Assembly (NCBI GenBank): GCA_963514005.1
Contig: OY740816.1
Location: 16,554,001-16,618,000, forward strand
DNA: 64,000 nucleotides
From: Raja brachyura
Taxonomy: Eukaryota
Reading direction: 5' to 3'
How positions within the stretch are numbered: position 1 is the stretch's first letter; each line of letters starts with the position of its first letter. Positions 38,401 to 53,400 of the stretch are shown here, piece by piece. A program made the position numbers and the translations under genes. The notes under the pieces are model-generated. The model worked only from the letters and a program-made list of their open reading frames with translations, searched no databases and was not told the origin of the DNA.

Positions 38401-41400
38401 TAAAGCACTGGTTCACGATCTCCAGCATGGCACAAAGTTGAGCTGTGGTCTGAAACTTGGCAATGAAGGGGTGGGGACTGGGGGGTCCAAAAATGTTTTT
38501 TTTTAAATTATGGATAATTCCATTGAATGACACACAGCCTTGTGCAAAGTTCAGCAAGCAAGGCATAGGCAGGTAGACCGATACGAGTGCTCAGTGTTGT
38601 CACAATATACATTGCAAGTCTCTGAGTGATTTTTCAAAGCCCATGGACAAAATTATTTCCCATTTAAACGGAGCAGAGGAACAGGCGATCTGGTGAATAC
38701 AGATGCGACACAGGAACCAGGGCCTGACGGGACAGATGCTAAAGCTTCTTTGCTTCCAAACAATCCAACAGTTTCTATACCAGGTCTTAATGGTTTATGA
38801 AAGCGGCTGATCATTAGCTCCTCAAAAGGGCCATTAAGAATAGGCCATCAGTGCTAGCCTTGGCTATGTCCCATAAAACGATTAAAAACATAATATTTTT
38901 GTGGGATCTGGTTGGGGGCATATTGTCTGCCAAGTTTCCTTCATTAAAACAATGACTATATCTCATGTGGGTAAGAGAGGATATATAAATACAAGTCTCA
39001 TTTTCATTTTTTAAGGATGCCAGAAAATTAACAAACAACTGATTTGCTTTCTATATTTAGGAACTACAGATTATGTCAGTGGATAGCACAGAGGCGCAGC
39101 AGTTGAGCTGCTGCCTTACAGCGCCAGAGACCCGGGTTCGATCCTGAAAATGGGTGCTGTCGGTGAATTCGCCCAGTGACCGAGTGGGTTTCCTCCGGGT
39201 GCTCTGGTTTCCTCCCACGCTCCAAAGATGTATGGGTTTGTAGGTAAATTGGCTTTGATATGACAATTTGGCTAGTGTATGAGGTATTTGTTGGTCAACG
39301 CGGACTCGGTGGGATGAAGGGCCTGTCTCTGTGCTGTGTCTCTGAAGTCTAAAGTCTGATTTTAGAGGCGAACAGCATCAAACTTGGTTTGCTGATTCTA
39401 ATTTCAATATTACCCCTCCCAAAGCCACTCCATCCATAAACTCCCAATTTCTTCCATTCCCACTCAACCCCAGCCCAATTCAATACTTAACTACAAATAT
39501 CTCAGCTACATATAGATGGCATATTTCTGTAAATGTCTCCTAATGTGCAGTGAGTGATGTGAAAGTGGGATAACATGGAATTAGTGTGAATGGGTAATCG
39601 ATGGCCAGTGTGGACTCGGTGGGCCAAATGGCTTATGCCATATATCCAAACTCTAAACTAAACTAAAATGTCCACCTAGTTCACATATTTAATAGTTCAA
39701 ACATGATTTAAGCAAATAGCAAAATTGTCTGGCAGAAAATAACTTTAATGACAGGAACTGTACTGTAATTCCTTTGCACAATTGAACATTTTGAAGTAGA
39801 GTCATAATTAATGATTAACAAAGTTGGTTGATCTCAATTTAAACCACGTTAATTTAAGTGGAATATAAATACAAAATAGGGATTAAAAAATAATCAACAA
39901 TGTTTACCTCCTGAGAAACATGAACTTGCTGTAGCGCTTGCACTGATAACTGTTGAACCTGGCTGGTTTTAGCAGCCTGTGGTGTTGTTTGTACAACAGA
40001 TCTCTGCAGAGGCAAAATAACATCAATTAATTCTACTTCCACTTTGAGCTAAAAGATCACCTTTATAAGAAAGAGCTGATGGTTAATATTTTAACAGCTA
40101 CTCTTCTGCAGAGACCCAAAGGGATTGTTGTATGAGATGCCTTCTTTCTTAACAGAGCAGATAACATGATACAACTAGAAATGTCTTCTTCTGCTGAGAG
40201 CATAAATCATTTCCACAGGAATATTTTAGCAACTTTAATCCCTATTGTATTTGAGATGGAGATGCCAGAATCAGTTAATAAGTTGAACTTTGGGTTTCCA
40301 TTCCTTGATGATCTTCTGACTAGCAGCAGGAAACTGTTATGGGGAGAGGAAATGTAAGGCGATGTCACAAGTAGAACTAAAAATAATGTTATCAATAGAC
40401 TGTTCTATCCTGATGATGATTTAAGATTTAATTTCAGGAGGAGATGGGTGCATCTCATTTAAACTATACGAATATTTTAAACTATAGTATTTCCTTTAAA
40501 CTATACAAGTATTTTAAAATTGCTAATATAATAAATCATTGTTCAAAAACAATAGATATCCTGAGATTTCCCATTTCCTCTTAAAAATGTTGCTTAAAAA
40601 TGTGCTATTTTGATTCCCTTTACTAGACATAAACTTTTTCTCTTTAGCAAATGCACAATAATAAGTATTGTGAGGAGAAAACCTTGTCCAAAAAATATAA
40701 AGCATATGACAGAACATTAATGAAATAGATTTGTAAACATTTTCTACAATGTTTTTGTTCAATCAAATATCAAAAATAATATCATTACGAGTATTTTTTA
40801 AATCCAAATTTTGAACTAATCAAATCCAAAGATCATAGAAAAAATTTGAATAACTGGTATGAAGGAAGCAGGCCGTTTATTGAAGGTAGACAAAAATGCT
40901 GGAGAAACTTAGCGGGTGAGGCAGCATCTATGGAGTGAAGGAAATAGGCAATGTTTCGGGTCGAAACCCTTCTTATTGTGATGTGTGGTTAGATTTATAG
41001 ATTTTCAGAGGTCTATTTAATTACTGGAGCTATTAAGATCGCTGAATTAAAAGTGAAGTCCAGAAGATGTCTGGTCAAAAGATGGCTGTTGTTATGCTGA
41101 GCTTTGTTTGAGCAACTGTTTTAGATAACATTCTTGCAGCTCACATTTCCACATTCAGTACTTTTTTTGACAATTTCAGATGTCTTTCAAATCAACTTGT
41201 TGACATGCTTTTTGTTATTCCGTTACCTTTGCAAACACTGTCTGCTGGGCCTATATTGCTTCATTCATTCGCTCCTGTTCCCACCCTATCTCAGAAATTG
41301 TCTTTTTCTCTCTCTTACACTTCCCATTTTAAATGCCTCTCTTCTCTGTCCACAGATTCTGACCCGAGTACTTACAATATTTTGATTCAGCGACCAGGAG

Positions 41401-44400
41401 CTGTTAAATATGATGAAAAGCTGTCGCAAGTTCAGTTACACAGAAGACAACCCCAGATCAATGAATACTGTATTTGTTACTAAAAAAAAGACAAGCACTC
41501 AATTTACCAGGCCAACGCACGACAACAATTTTGAAGGATCTCCCAGTGTATGACATAGACTGAGCTCAACAATGGTAATCATGCACATCAAATGTTAGGT
41601 CGAATGAAGGGCGTTTAGTACAACAATATAAAGTGGATGGGATCCTGGTTCTGAGGGGATATTATAGAATCTGGGGCTATACTCCTTAAAGATTGTGCGA
41701 ATTTAATCGTGGGTTCAAAGTGATGATGGGGTTTGACAGAATTAGAAAGAGAAATTGCTTGCATTGACGAGCCAATTGGTTGCCAGAGGAAACAAGGTTG
41801 AGAATCAAAGGCGGTACAAGCAGAAATATATTTACATAATGAGGTATGATCTTGATGTGCCTGAACGGATGGTGTGAGCAGATGAAGTTGCAAATTGGAA
41901 TTGAACAGGTAAACTTTTAGAGTTAAAGAGAATAATATAGGGAGAAGAATGGGCAGATTGGTCTCCTTCTGTAAAAACATTGTATGATGCTATTAATCCA
42001 ATCAAAAATAATTATTACTAACAAGTAAACAGGTATTATCTTTCCTTAATCTATATAGCATAAAGTGTTTTTTGGTTCTTTTTTCACTTAATGGAACCAG
42101 TGAAATTAGGTGAATTGAAATAAATCTATTGAGATTTTGTGTTTGAAGTACAATTCTCATGTATTGAAACAGGTCTTTTGATTGCTTATCAGTAATGTAC
42201 AGATACTAAAAACATCAACAATGCTCTGGAAAATGCATTGTCCAAAACAGACAAACAAATTCAGTAATTAAATATTTCAAGATTTCCCTTGCAATAATTA
42301 AAATTGTTATTATCAGTACAATTAAATGAATAAACTATGCATTAATCTATTATTTTACATATATCTGCAATATCAAAACAAAAATAACCTACTCCCAGCA
42401 AAGAATATTTATGAGTTTAGGCCATTGCACAAAACAAATAAATTAAAATCGCTACAGGAAGGCATTTTGTCATTGTAACTTTCAAAGACTGACACAAGAC
42501 CAGATAACACTACAAAAAAAACGACAAAACATTTAAAATAGTGACTGTGAAGAAAATTGACAGTTTTCATGATGACAATCTAAATAAAAGGTTTCCTATG
42601 TGAAAACTAAATTAATGTATTTATCTATTTTGAACTAAAAAGTGTGAACATAGAATATAAAATTCCTGATTTTAGCTCTGTATAATTTTGACAAAATTGC
42701 TCCATTGAAGAAACCAAAAAGATAAATTATAATTAAATCACTAAACACAGCCTTTATCAATATGGAACAACAATCTTCATTTGACAGCCATAATAGGTAC
42801 GAAAGGCAAACCTTAAATGTTACAAAATATATGTTAAAAAATAAAGGAAATCTGCATAAATGTTATAAACAATAATTTTCAATGTTAACCAAACTTACTA
42901 TTACATCAGGAATTACAACCATTACTTTGGGGAGTTTAATGTGGACTTTATCATTGGAATGAAACGGTAATGAGAAGAATTGTGGTTTCCTCCCAAAAAT
43001 AATGATGGGTTACGACAAAACAAATAAGAAAAATCCAATTCCAGTGGTGAAAAAAACATCATTAGAAGCTTTATATCTATAGTATGAAAAAAAATGTTAG
43101 GTGTTTTAAACCAGTGATCTGTTGTGTAAGATGCTCCACCAGCAGTGGTGGTGTAATCAGATTTCATTGCATTGCCATTAAAATTGGAAGGAGTTTATGT
43201 TAAAATTTGAATGAATTATGAAGCAAAAGCAGGGACATAGCAATTAGTAGATAGTTCTTTCAGCAGACTGGTAATATGCTGAAGAGTATTCAACTGTGAT
43301 ATTAAGTTCAATGATGTTGTAACTTTTGATATACTTTATGCCAGTCACCAACAAAAAAAACGTTGAAATTCAAAACATAGACCTTCAGAGACACGAACCA
43401 ATATTTTGGATTGAAAAAGAAATGTTGACTCGCACCAGCCAAAAAGACATTTGAATAAAAAACACGTACTTTTAAACCCATTAACAATAAATGAAACTTA
43501 CATAGCCACACAAACTTATGTCAAGAGTAGTATTAAAAATCATACCCAAAACATATGAATACTTGGACAATATGGTCATGATGAAGTAAAAAAGATAAGA
43601 GATTGCAGATGTTGGAATCTGGAACAAAACACTGCTGGGTGAACTCAATGGGACAAGCAACACCTGTGCAGTCAAAGGTGTGGCCAACATTTCATATTGA
43701 GACCATGCATCAGGACTGACAGTGTGGAGGGAAGATAGCCAGAATGTAGAAATGAGAGTGAAGGTGAGACAGCAGCTATTAAACTGAGACAGGATGTTGA
43801 GGAGTTGTTGTCAGGTACCCATGGGTTTCAGTCGGTTTATAGTAGATATTGCTGGATAGTTTGTCTCCTGGACTCTAGAGGTCTCTCTCGAGACCTAGAA
43901 AAGGGAAAGAAGTGTCAGGTGAATTTGTGTGCAGGTGGAAGATGGCGCCAAAGTTGTTGTGTTCTGTGCGTATGCTGAAAGCAGAACCAATGCAGTCATC
44001 GGTATAACAGAGAGAAAGTAATGGATGGGTGCCAGAGTAGGTTTGGGATGAGGACTGTTCGATATAGACAACAAAAAAACATATTTCTCCCACTTTCAGG
44101 TAGCCAACACCCATGTTTTTTCCCCATCCCCACCAATACACCCAAGTTCTTTCTCCCTTTATTCATCTTTTCCTCCCTCATTACCGAGACTCATTGCCCT
44201 TCTCTGTCTGGTTCCATCTGCCCATCACTCACATACCTATCCACCTTTTTAAAAATCTGTTGGTTTACATAGAAAATAGGTGCAGGAGTAAGCCATTCAG
44301 CCCTTCGAGCATGCACCACCATTCAATATGATCATGGCTGATCATCCAACTCAGTATCCCGTACCTGCCTTCTCCCATACCCCCTGATCCCTTTAGCCAC

Positions 44401-47400
44401 AAGGGCCACATCTAACTCCCTCTTAAATATAGCCAATTAACTGGCCTCAACTACCTTCTGTGGCAGAGAATTCTAGAGATTCACCACTCTATGTGTGAAA
44501 AATGTTTTTCTCATCTCGGTCCTAAAAGACTTTCCCCTTATCCTTAGACTGTGACCCCCTTGTTCTGGACTTCCCCAACATCGGGAATAATCTTCCTGCA
44601 TCTAGCCTGTCCAACCCCTTAAGAATTTTGTACGTTTCTACAAGATCCCCCCTCAATTTTCTAAATTCTAGCGCGTACAAGCCGAGTCTATGCAGTCTTT
44701 CTTCATATGAAAGTCCTGACATCCAAGGAATCAGTCTACCTTTCCTATCCATTTCTCATTCTCCCACATGGTTGCATCTGCACATAGGATCTTATAGGAT
44801 ATAGGATCTTATAGAGACATATAAAATTATAAAAGGACTGGACAAGCTAGATGCAGGAAAAATGTTCCCAATGTTGGGCGAGTCCAGAACCAGGGGGCAC
44901 AGGCTTAGAATAAAGGCGAGGCCATTTAAGACTGAGGTGAGAAAAAACTTTTTCACCCAAAGAGTTGTGAATTTGTGGAATTCCCTGCCACAGAGGGCAT
45001 TGGAGGCCAAATCACTGGATGGATTTAAGAGAGAGTTAGATAGAGCTCTAGGGGCTAGTGCAATCAAGGGATATGGGGAGAAGGCAGACACGGGTTATTG
45101 ATTGGGGACGATCAGCCATGATCACAATGAATGGCGGTGCTGGCTCGAACGGCTGAATGGCCTCCTCCTGCACCTATTTTCTACGATCTATGATCTATGC
45201 ACAACATCACTCCTTATCTCGTTATTACTTTCTCAAGCATAACCTAGGAAGCATACAAGATTTTGGTTGTACTTTCCAATTTTTCTGACTTTAACATGCT
45301 GAGGATATTAGCTGACATAAAACAATGACCAAAATAGAGTGATTTGTAATTAAATAATGCTGACAGAACACTTTATTTGAAGTCTGAAAGCAATTCAAAG
45401 AACAAGGATACGGATAACACAGCATTGCTGAACTCACATCAAACAAAACATTTTGCAATCAAATTATAAATTAATATTATTTCTCTTGCAAACTAAAAAT
45501 AAATTATTTGTACTTATCATTTAGATAAGTTAAACAGAGGACCAGGCCTCTTTTGAAGCTAACATCATCACTTTGTGTAAAATAATTCAAGTAGAGTTTA
45601 AGTATGTCGCATAGAAGTAGGTATAAGCACTATAGTGCAGTTCCAGAAAAAAAAAAAACAGGATATCCGATTTATACTGGTCAGAAAAGTCCAACTGATC
45701 TCACTGAACATTGTGTAAATGAAGCAGAGATGGCATGTATAAGTATCACTGCCTATAATGATGTTCATTATGATGTGCAAGTGATGTTGGAAGTGTTAAC
45801 TGTATAGTCACCAGAGACCAAGGCTAAGTTAGAGCAGACACTGTCTCTAATCTCATTACAGGCTGGTTTGTCTGGCTCCAATCACAATATGTCTATCTTA
45901 CGCATTTGTAATAGTCACCGGTGGATCCGCAAAATAATATCCGACTCAGTATTTTATGACCAATCAATTCCAGACATACTTTGTGAATAGTTTGTTATGC
46001 TTAAAAATGAGCAAACTTTTTTTTCACTGATCATTTGCTGAAATTAATCCCTCTTACAGTATTATTATCCCATCTTGGTGAAAGCAAGTTGACCATACAA
46101 AAAATAAATGTATTTTTCTTCTTAATTTCCTTAATTTATTTTCACTTTTCATTTGCTCCAGAAGCTCCACTCTTGATGAGTTAAATTCTACAAGTGCCAA
46201 GCACTGCTGATCACACAGTACAGGCTAATTCTTGAAGCAAGCATTGACTTGATATTAATAGTGTTAGGTTTTTACTCTAAAAAATACATAAGAGTAGTAA
46301 TAAGTACTAGTCTGGATTTTGCGATTAGCAGAAGAGAAATAGTATTCACAAGGATTAAGTGAGTTTTGCGGTCTTGATATTGGCAATCATCAGAAATCAG
46401 CTTAAAAAGAAGTCCCCAATATGCAGCAGCCGCAATGTCGTCGAGCTAGCTGAACAACAATCATGTTGAAGCATGCCAGGGAGCAAAAGGGAAAATCATT
46501 GTTCAAAAAGGTTCCAAAACGCCAAATGTTGACTGGAACATAAATATATGATTATCTAGAAGTTGGAATAACATAAATATTTTTTTAATCTACTTCATTT
46601 TAAATAGTCATGAGGCAACATAATCCACTTATTTAGGGATTTTAATGGTTGAAACTTTGCCCGGTGGTAATTATTTCTTAGTACTGCATTCTAATCTCAC
46701 TTGGAGTTCATGAACTAGAAATTGATATTTTAAAGCAATGACTACCTGTGAATGGTTGTTGAATCGCTGCCAGTAACGTTGAGATTTCTGCATTAAACAA
46801 TGCAGATGTGGAAATCCCAAACTTGCTCTCGATTTCAGTGAATTACCACAAACAATGATAGTTCTAATATCATTACTGCAAAACCTAGGCCACAGTTTCA
46901 CAAGTCTGCCAATTCAGCTAACAATGTTAATCATTTACAGAAAACCTTTCGTATTTAACTGTCCCTGAATTAAGGCCTTTGATATTTTTAATTCATATTA
47001 CTACAATGTACAAAAATCCAGATCCGAGCAGCCTGCATACAGTTATGCCATTTTTCATTTATAGCGAGAATAATAGAGAATAGTATCCATTACAAATGCA
47101 AAAGATCATTCTGAAATCTACTTACTAACAGAATATTTATCCAAATCTGAATTAGTTTTAGATCAGGAATCAAAATTATCCTTCAGTAACATTTTCTGAA
47201 TTTGTGGCAACCTCTATCCATTGACTAAATTAACATTGCTAAAACTGTTACCTGATGCATTACTGCTACCTGCTGGACTCCCGGCAGCTGGAGCTGCGGG
47301 AACTGGTCCACTTTCGATTGCACATCATTCTGTACTAGAAGCCTCTGCTCAGGAGAAAAGTAATACATTATAGAGAATCGAACTTTAAAAAGTACTGCTA

Positions 47401-50400
47401 AACAATTCTAATATGAAGGGCAATTCAGTCAATATTTACAGGTATATCCAAAGTCTGAAATTCCCATACCACACAATTTCCATTGAAAAAAAAAACACTT
47501 TATTAAATTTGAGGCCGGCAATTGTTAGTAAACAATTAATACACTCAGGACAATGAACGACAAATGAATACTTACTGTATATTGAAAATATGAATTGATT
47601 TCATGCACTTCGATACAGAAGCATCGTTAAAAATGTCAGATTTTGTGCAGTTGGATTACCACCTAGATGTTCTCTAACTATATATTTTAGTAAGTCACAC
47701 TATTCCCTGCAGCAAATTGGTAATATTCTGATCCTATAATATATGTTAATTTTATACCATCTGCCAACTTGTAAGGCTGTGGATATTTTCATCCTAATAT
47801 TTTCACTTCCACTCCAATCCGCTAAGTATTCTGATTTGTCAAGAGGAGCAAAGTACGAACTACAGATGGCTGGTGTTCTGTGCGGTCACTGTGAAGTACA
47901 TTTGCTTTTGGTTAGGAATGTATGGCAATTTTGAAAGGACTAATTTTTCCATTGATCAATCAGTTACATAGTAAGACTACTTTCGGACTATAATGTCAGG
48001 AAGTAAATCTGTGTATTTTTGTACCTAACTTCAGTTAAACCAGCATCTGCAGTTCCTTCCTATACAGTAAATTTTGGTTGGCCAATAAATAGTTTTATTT
48101 TAATTGTAATTTCTAAAAATATAAATAACTTCTGCAGAAGCTCTAGAAATACCAATAAGAAACATTTATTGCTCTCCACAGGTTGTAAAATCATAGGCAG
48201 AAACATTAGAAAGCACCAACATTGTCTTTCCTGGTCATTTAGGTGCTAACATGATCATCATAAAGAATTTGTTTCTTAAGCATAGTCATGACCTTGTTAA
48301 GTAGTTGTAATTACATAGTAATTTGTTGTTGTAATCTACATGGAATCCCAAAGCTTGTCCATGGGAACGAATGAAGTAAAATAAGCAAAGTATTCTTCTT
48401 TAGTTTGTAACATAAAATATGTACTTAAATTATTTTCTTGATGATTTATCAATGTGCAACAAGCTGAAATTATCAACCTTATTAGCCTCACCAAGGCCAT
48501 CAGGTTGGGGGTAAGACCTCTCCTGATGTGGAATTAACCCAATCCAAGCATAATAGAACTCTAAGCAGTAAATCGACTCTGATGAAAATATACTGAGTTT
48601 GAAGCAGAAGATGATTAAACAAGTAATAAATATTAGTTTTATAAATTGAAAAGAAATTCACAACTCAGGTGGATGTCGTTATATGTGACTTATGAGTTTC
48701 AGCAAATAATATGTTGCCAAGGAGTAATTTGGCTATGCACAATAGTGAGGCTGCAGCTCCAGCTTTATATCCCTTCCACTTTTAATTTCCATCGGCTCAA
48801 AATGTGACTTTTAATTCCAACTAGAGAGTTGAGATTGCATGTATGAATAATAAAAATTCCATCCAAATGGAACAGGCAGCAGCATTCACTATAACTGACA
48901 CATTTATTTTCTGCTTCAGAGGAAAGATGTTCCATCACATGGGAAATGACAAAATAAAGAAAAATCCATCGGAAAAAATTACATAATACTGGAAAAATTA
49001 TTTCTCTTCTTGGAAGATATACCCCCAAGCACCCCCAGAAAATAAATTATTTTTCGCTTTTTGACTTCCTGCATTTTATTTCCTCTCCCCAAAACAAATA
49101 TGTTGCATATATCTTCAATAGCATTTTCAGATTCAGTGGTTGCTTTATCATTTTTATCATTATCCTGATTCTGAGTCACTGTTTATTGCAAAAATAAAAG
49201 CTATTGGGGTATATTTTGGTTCTGATCATTCGTCTAGCACAATAGCATTAGCTGCCCCTTACATTAACTTTCCAAAAACCGATTCCATTGCCATTAGGGC
49301 AGCACAGTGGCACATCGGTAGAGCTGCTGCAATACAGCGCCAAAGTACCGGATTCAATCCTGACCACAGGTGCTGTCTGTACGGAGTTTGTACGTTCTCC
49401 CTGTGACAGCATGGGTTTTCTCTGGATGCTCCAATTTCCTCCCACATTGTGCAGGTTCATAGGTTAATTCACTTCTGAAAATTGTCGCTAATGTGGACGA
49501 CAGAAATAGTGTACAGGTCGGCGTGGACTCGGCGGGCAAAAGGGCCCGTTTCCACAGGGCATCTCTAAACTAAACTAAAATCCTAGCAAGACAAAATAAA
49601 ATGTAATAAGACTCCATATCAAATGATAAACAAGTCATCAGGTTGGCTAATGTCTTTTATAGAATATTTAACAAATCAGCAACATTGAAGTGTTTATATC
49701 ATGAATCATACCGAATGAAAACAAGCCCTTCAGTCTGCGCCTACCATGAGGTAACCATTTTACACTAATTTATGAATTGAATCTCATTCTGCCCATGTTT
49801 TCCTCGACTTCCCCCAGATTCAACCATTAGGGGCAATACATATTGGACAATTTATCCATCAACCCTCAGGGTTTTGTGCAAAGAAACTGCAGTCACCGGA
49901 GTAAACCAAGGTCGTCATTGGAAGAATGTGAACATCTCGAAGAGCAGCACCTTGAGGTCAGGATCGAAAGTGGATCACTGTGAGCTATTATACGAGTTGC
50001 ACCATTATGCTGTGCAACAAAAAGAGTTCAATGTAATTTAGTTTTGATAGAATAATTAATAAATGAATGCGCATCTTAAATTATCACTTTGTAATTTTAA
50101 CCAGGCAAAGAAGGTCCTAAAGTTATAAGACAAGAGATGGATTATGCATTATGCTTAATTTGCATTTTCCAATCTTTTTCTGCCACATCAATAAAGAACA
50201 AAACAAGGTTAAATTGTATTAGTACGACTGTAGAAAAGTGAATTGATCATGTGTCTTGAAATTAAAATTGTACTACATGAAGAATTATTGAGCACTTTGG
50301 CAGTGCCAAGCGTTTCATTTGTTGAGTGGCTGAGGCATCACAATGATTGCACTATTGGTGGCTCTTGTCTCAGCGTCAGAAGGCTACAAGTTCAGGTTTT

Positions 50401-53400
50401 TATCTTGATATTTAAACACACCATCATAGGCTGACATTTCTGTGTTGCAATGCACAGTAACAGGGGCTATCTTTAGGATTTGACATTAAGCTGGGGCCCA
50501 GTTGCTCCGTCAAGTGAAATAAAAGACCTCTCTATTGCAACAAGCAAGTTATCTATGCTGTTCACACAGATTTTATCTTCTTTAGCATCATCCTTACTAC
50601 AATTTGATTATTCAACAATTATCATATTGTCATTTGAAAGTGCTTACGGCACACAAAACAGCTCCTGTATTTCCCACAATAGTACTGCACTTCCAAAAGG
50701 TCTTAATAGTTGGTAAAATGCTTAGACGTTTCCTCAGATCATGCCCGGTGCTGTATAAAATGAAGCAGCTGTTGAATCAGGAATTTCAGTTTAAAATCCT
50801 TTCATAATGTGGAATTGCATCTCTTCTATCAGTGATAACATTTGAGTATATGACATTTGTGGGGGGAAACCATAGAATGTCTTTCCTTTATAACATTTGG
50901 AGGAATATATTGTTCTGAATATTTACTATTTTAATCTAGTCCTCAGTTTTCAAATCATTGTCATACAATTTGTTATAGAACTGAAATAATTATACTTTTG
51001 CCCATGGCCACAGTTGCTTCTCCAGATTCTCCTGGATCTCATTCAATTTTGTTTTATCTTTCATACACCGTCATGATTCTTAACTTTCTGCAGGATATAT
51101 ATTTACTTATCTTCATTCATTTTTAGTTTGCTTAATTAATCCGTAGATATCTACAATTTTGTTTTTAGATGTATTTTTAGCTTGCCCTTCATTATTCCAT
51201 TAAACAAATTATGTTTGCTTCTGAATTGCTTCAAACTATTTTGCTCCAATCTATTTAAATCTTCCATCATCTTTATCCATACAGCTCATTTAAAAGCATA
51301 CAATTTGTTCAGAATTTTGATTTCTTGCTCTATAAGATTACTGCCCTTAAAGATGCCATTTTCAGCATGTCAAAAACCCACGGGCAAATCAAAGGAAATC
51401 AGCTTGAAAACCTTCAACTGTTCACATTAATCACATCCTGCAAAACTTTCAATTTAGTAGGTCCCCAGAATACCACCTAATATTATTAATTTACACATTT
51501 GTCAATCTTGTATCAAACTCAGAGCCATATGACGAAGTAGCAATTTGCTTATTGCTTTTATATATATATATACTAGACTAAGCATGGGTTTTTATGAGGT
51601 ACTAGACTAAGTGGGACCCGTTGGGTCCCAGCATCACACGGGAGGGCTGGTCTCCCAACGCAATATTCCACCTCTCCACCAATTCCGATATTGGTGGCCA
51701 GTGGGGGGCTTTCTGGAGCGCTAGTATGGGTGTTGTGGGCTGAAGGGACTGGGTTCCAGAGGGCTAGTATGGACATTGTGGGCCGAATGGATTCTTGGGC
51801 TGGCGGCTCAGTCACTCAAGCCTGTTGTGTTGGTGGGCTGGCAGTTGACTCACAGCTATTCCTTGAAATTCCATTTCAAGCAGGGTGCAAGGCCACCAAA
51901 TTCAAGTGCGGTTTCTTACCACTTCAAGCCGGTTGCAAGGGCACCAAATTCAAGTGCAGTTTCATACCATTTCAAGCAAGGTGCAAGACCACTAAAGACA
52001 GCGAGTTGTGATCTTTCCCTCCTCCATCTTGCAGAGACTGAGCCATACCCACACTTCTGGGTTTTATAATCCCCCGCCCCTACCATCATAAGGGGTGTGG
52101 CCTTCATGGCGTGATTGACAGGAGAGAGAATCTCAACATTTTTTAAACACTAATAACTCCTTTATTTTTCATCGATGGGAGAACTCCTCAGCATCTGATC
52201 AGCGGAGGGGGACTCTGAGTAAGATGGCCAAAAATCTCAGCCATACATGGTAACATTTTTTCTAAAATCAATATAAAGTGCAAACAGGAAGTGGTCAAGA
52301 TTAGACTTTTAATTACATAGAAGGCAAGTCATTCCAAACCAAAGGCAATGTAGCTTTAGCATTTCCAAACTAAAGGCAATGCAGCTTTAGCATTTTCAAA
52401 CCAAAGGCAACACAACTTTAGCATTTCCAAACCAAAGGCAACAGAGCTTTAGCATTTCCAAACTATATTTTCAAACCACATTAAGGGTACTGACAGGTCA
52501 GTAAAGCCACTCACAGTTTAGTAGACATGTGTTCAGTGTTATTCACAGCTCAGACTGAGAGACGTGACCCTCTCGCTCCCCCATTTTGCAGAGACTGACT
52601 GAGGCACTCAACACTTCCGGGTTTTATAGTCCCTCCGGAAGGGGCGTGACCTTCAGGAGAGAGAATCTCAACATTTTTAAAACACTAATAACTCTTTTAT
52701 TTTTCATCGATGGGAAAAATCCTCTTGACCTGCGCAGCGGAGGCGGACTGAGTAAGATGGCCAAAAATCCACAGCCATAAGTGGCAGCGTTTTTTCTAAA
52801 ATCAATATACACAACAACAGGAAGTGGTCAAGATCTGACTTTTAGTAATATAGATTTGAGAACAAGAGGCAACTTTTCAGGTAATCAAATTTGCACTGCT
52901 ATTCAATTAGAGTATGGTTGATTTGTACCTCAACCCCTCTTACCCAACTTTATTTAATATTCCTTTGATAAACTGAAATTTCCAATTGCAACATTCAACT
53001 GTTTTTTATGGGAGCACGATAAGTAAGACTTATTGTAAACTTTGCATGGAAAATTAACTTCATAATTTAACACTTGAGTGGTAAATAGATGAGGCTGATG
53101 ATCTCAACCAACCTCCAATAAAGATTTTAATTAACACATGTACTAGAAACAACTGAAAATGCATAATAATTTATAGGGGGTAGACAAAAATGCTGGAGAA
53201 ACTCAGCGGGTGAGGCAGCATCTATGGAGCGAAAGAAATAGGTGGTGTTTCGGGTCGAGGCCCTTCTTCAGACTGATTGGGCTTCATTTCTGAATTTATT
53301 GGGCTTCATTTCTGAACCAAATTGGAGACATTTCCAGTTATGCTCACTTCAGATGAAAATAAATAAGTAGGTGAAAGTCAAAATCAGAAATAAGTGTTAA

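Noticed and set aside
46746-46787. Possible 42-nt in-frame micro-exon ([14 protein letters not shown])
   Set aside because: Weak splice context and composition unlike the RFX1 N-terminus; chance is likely.
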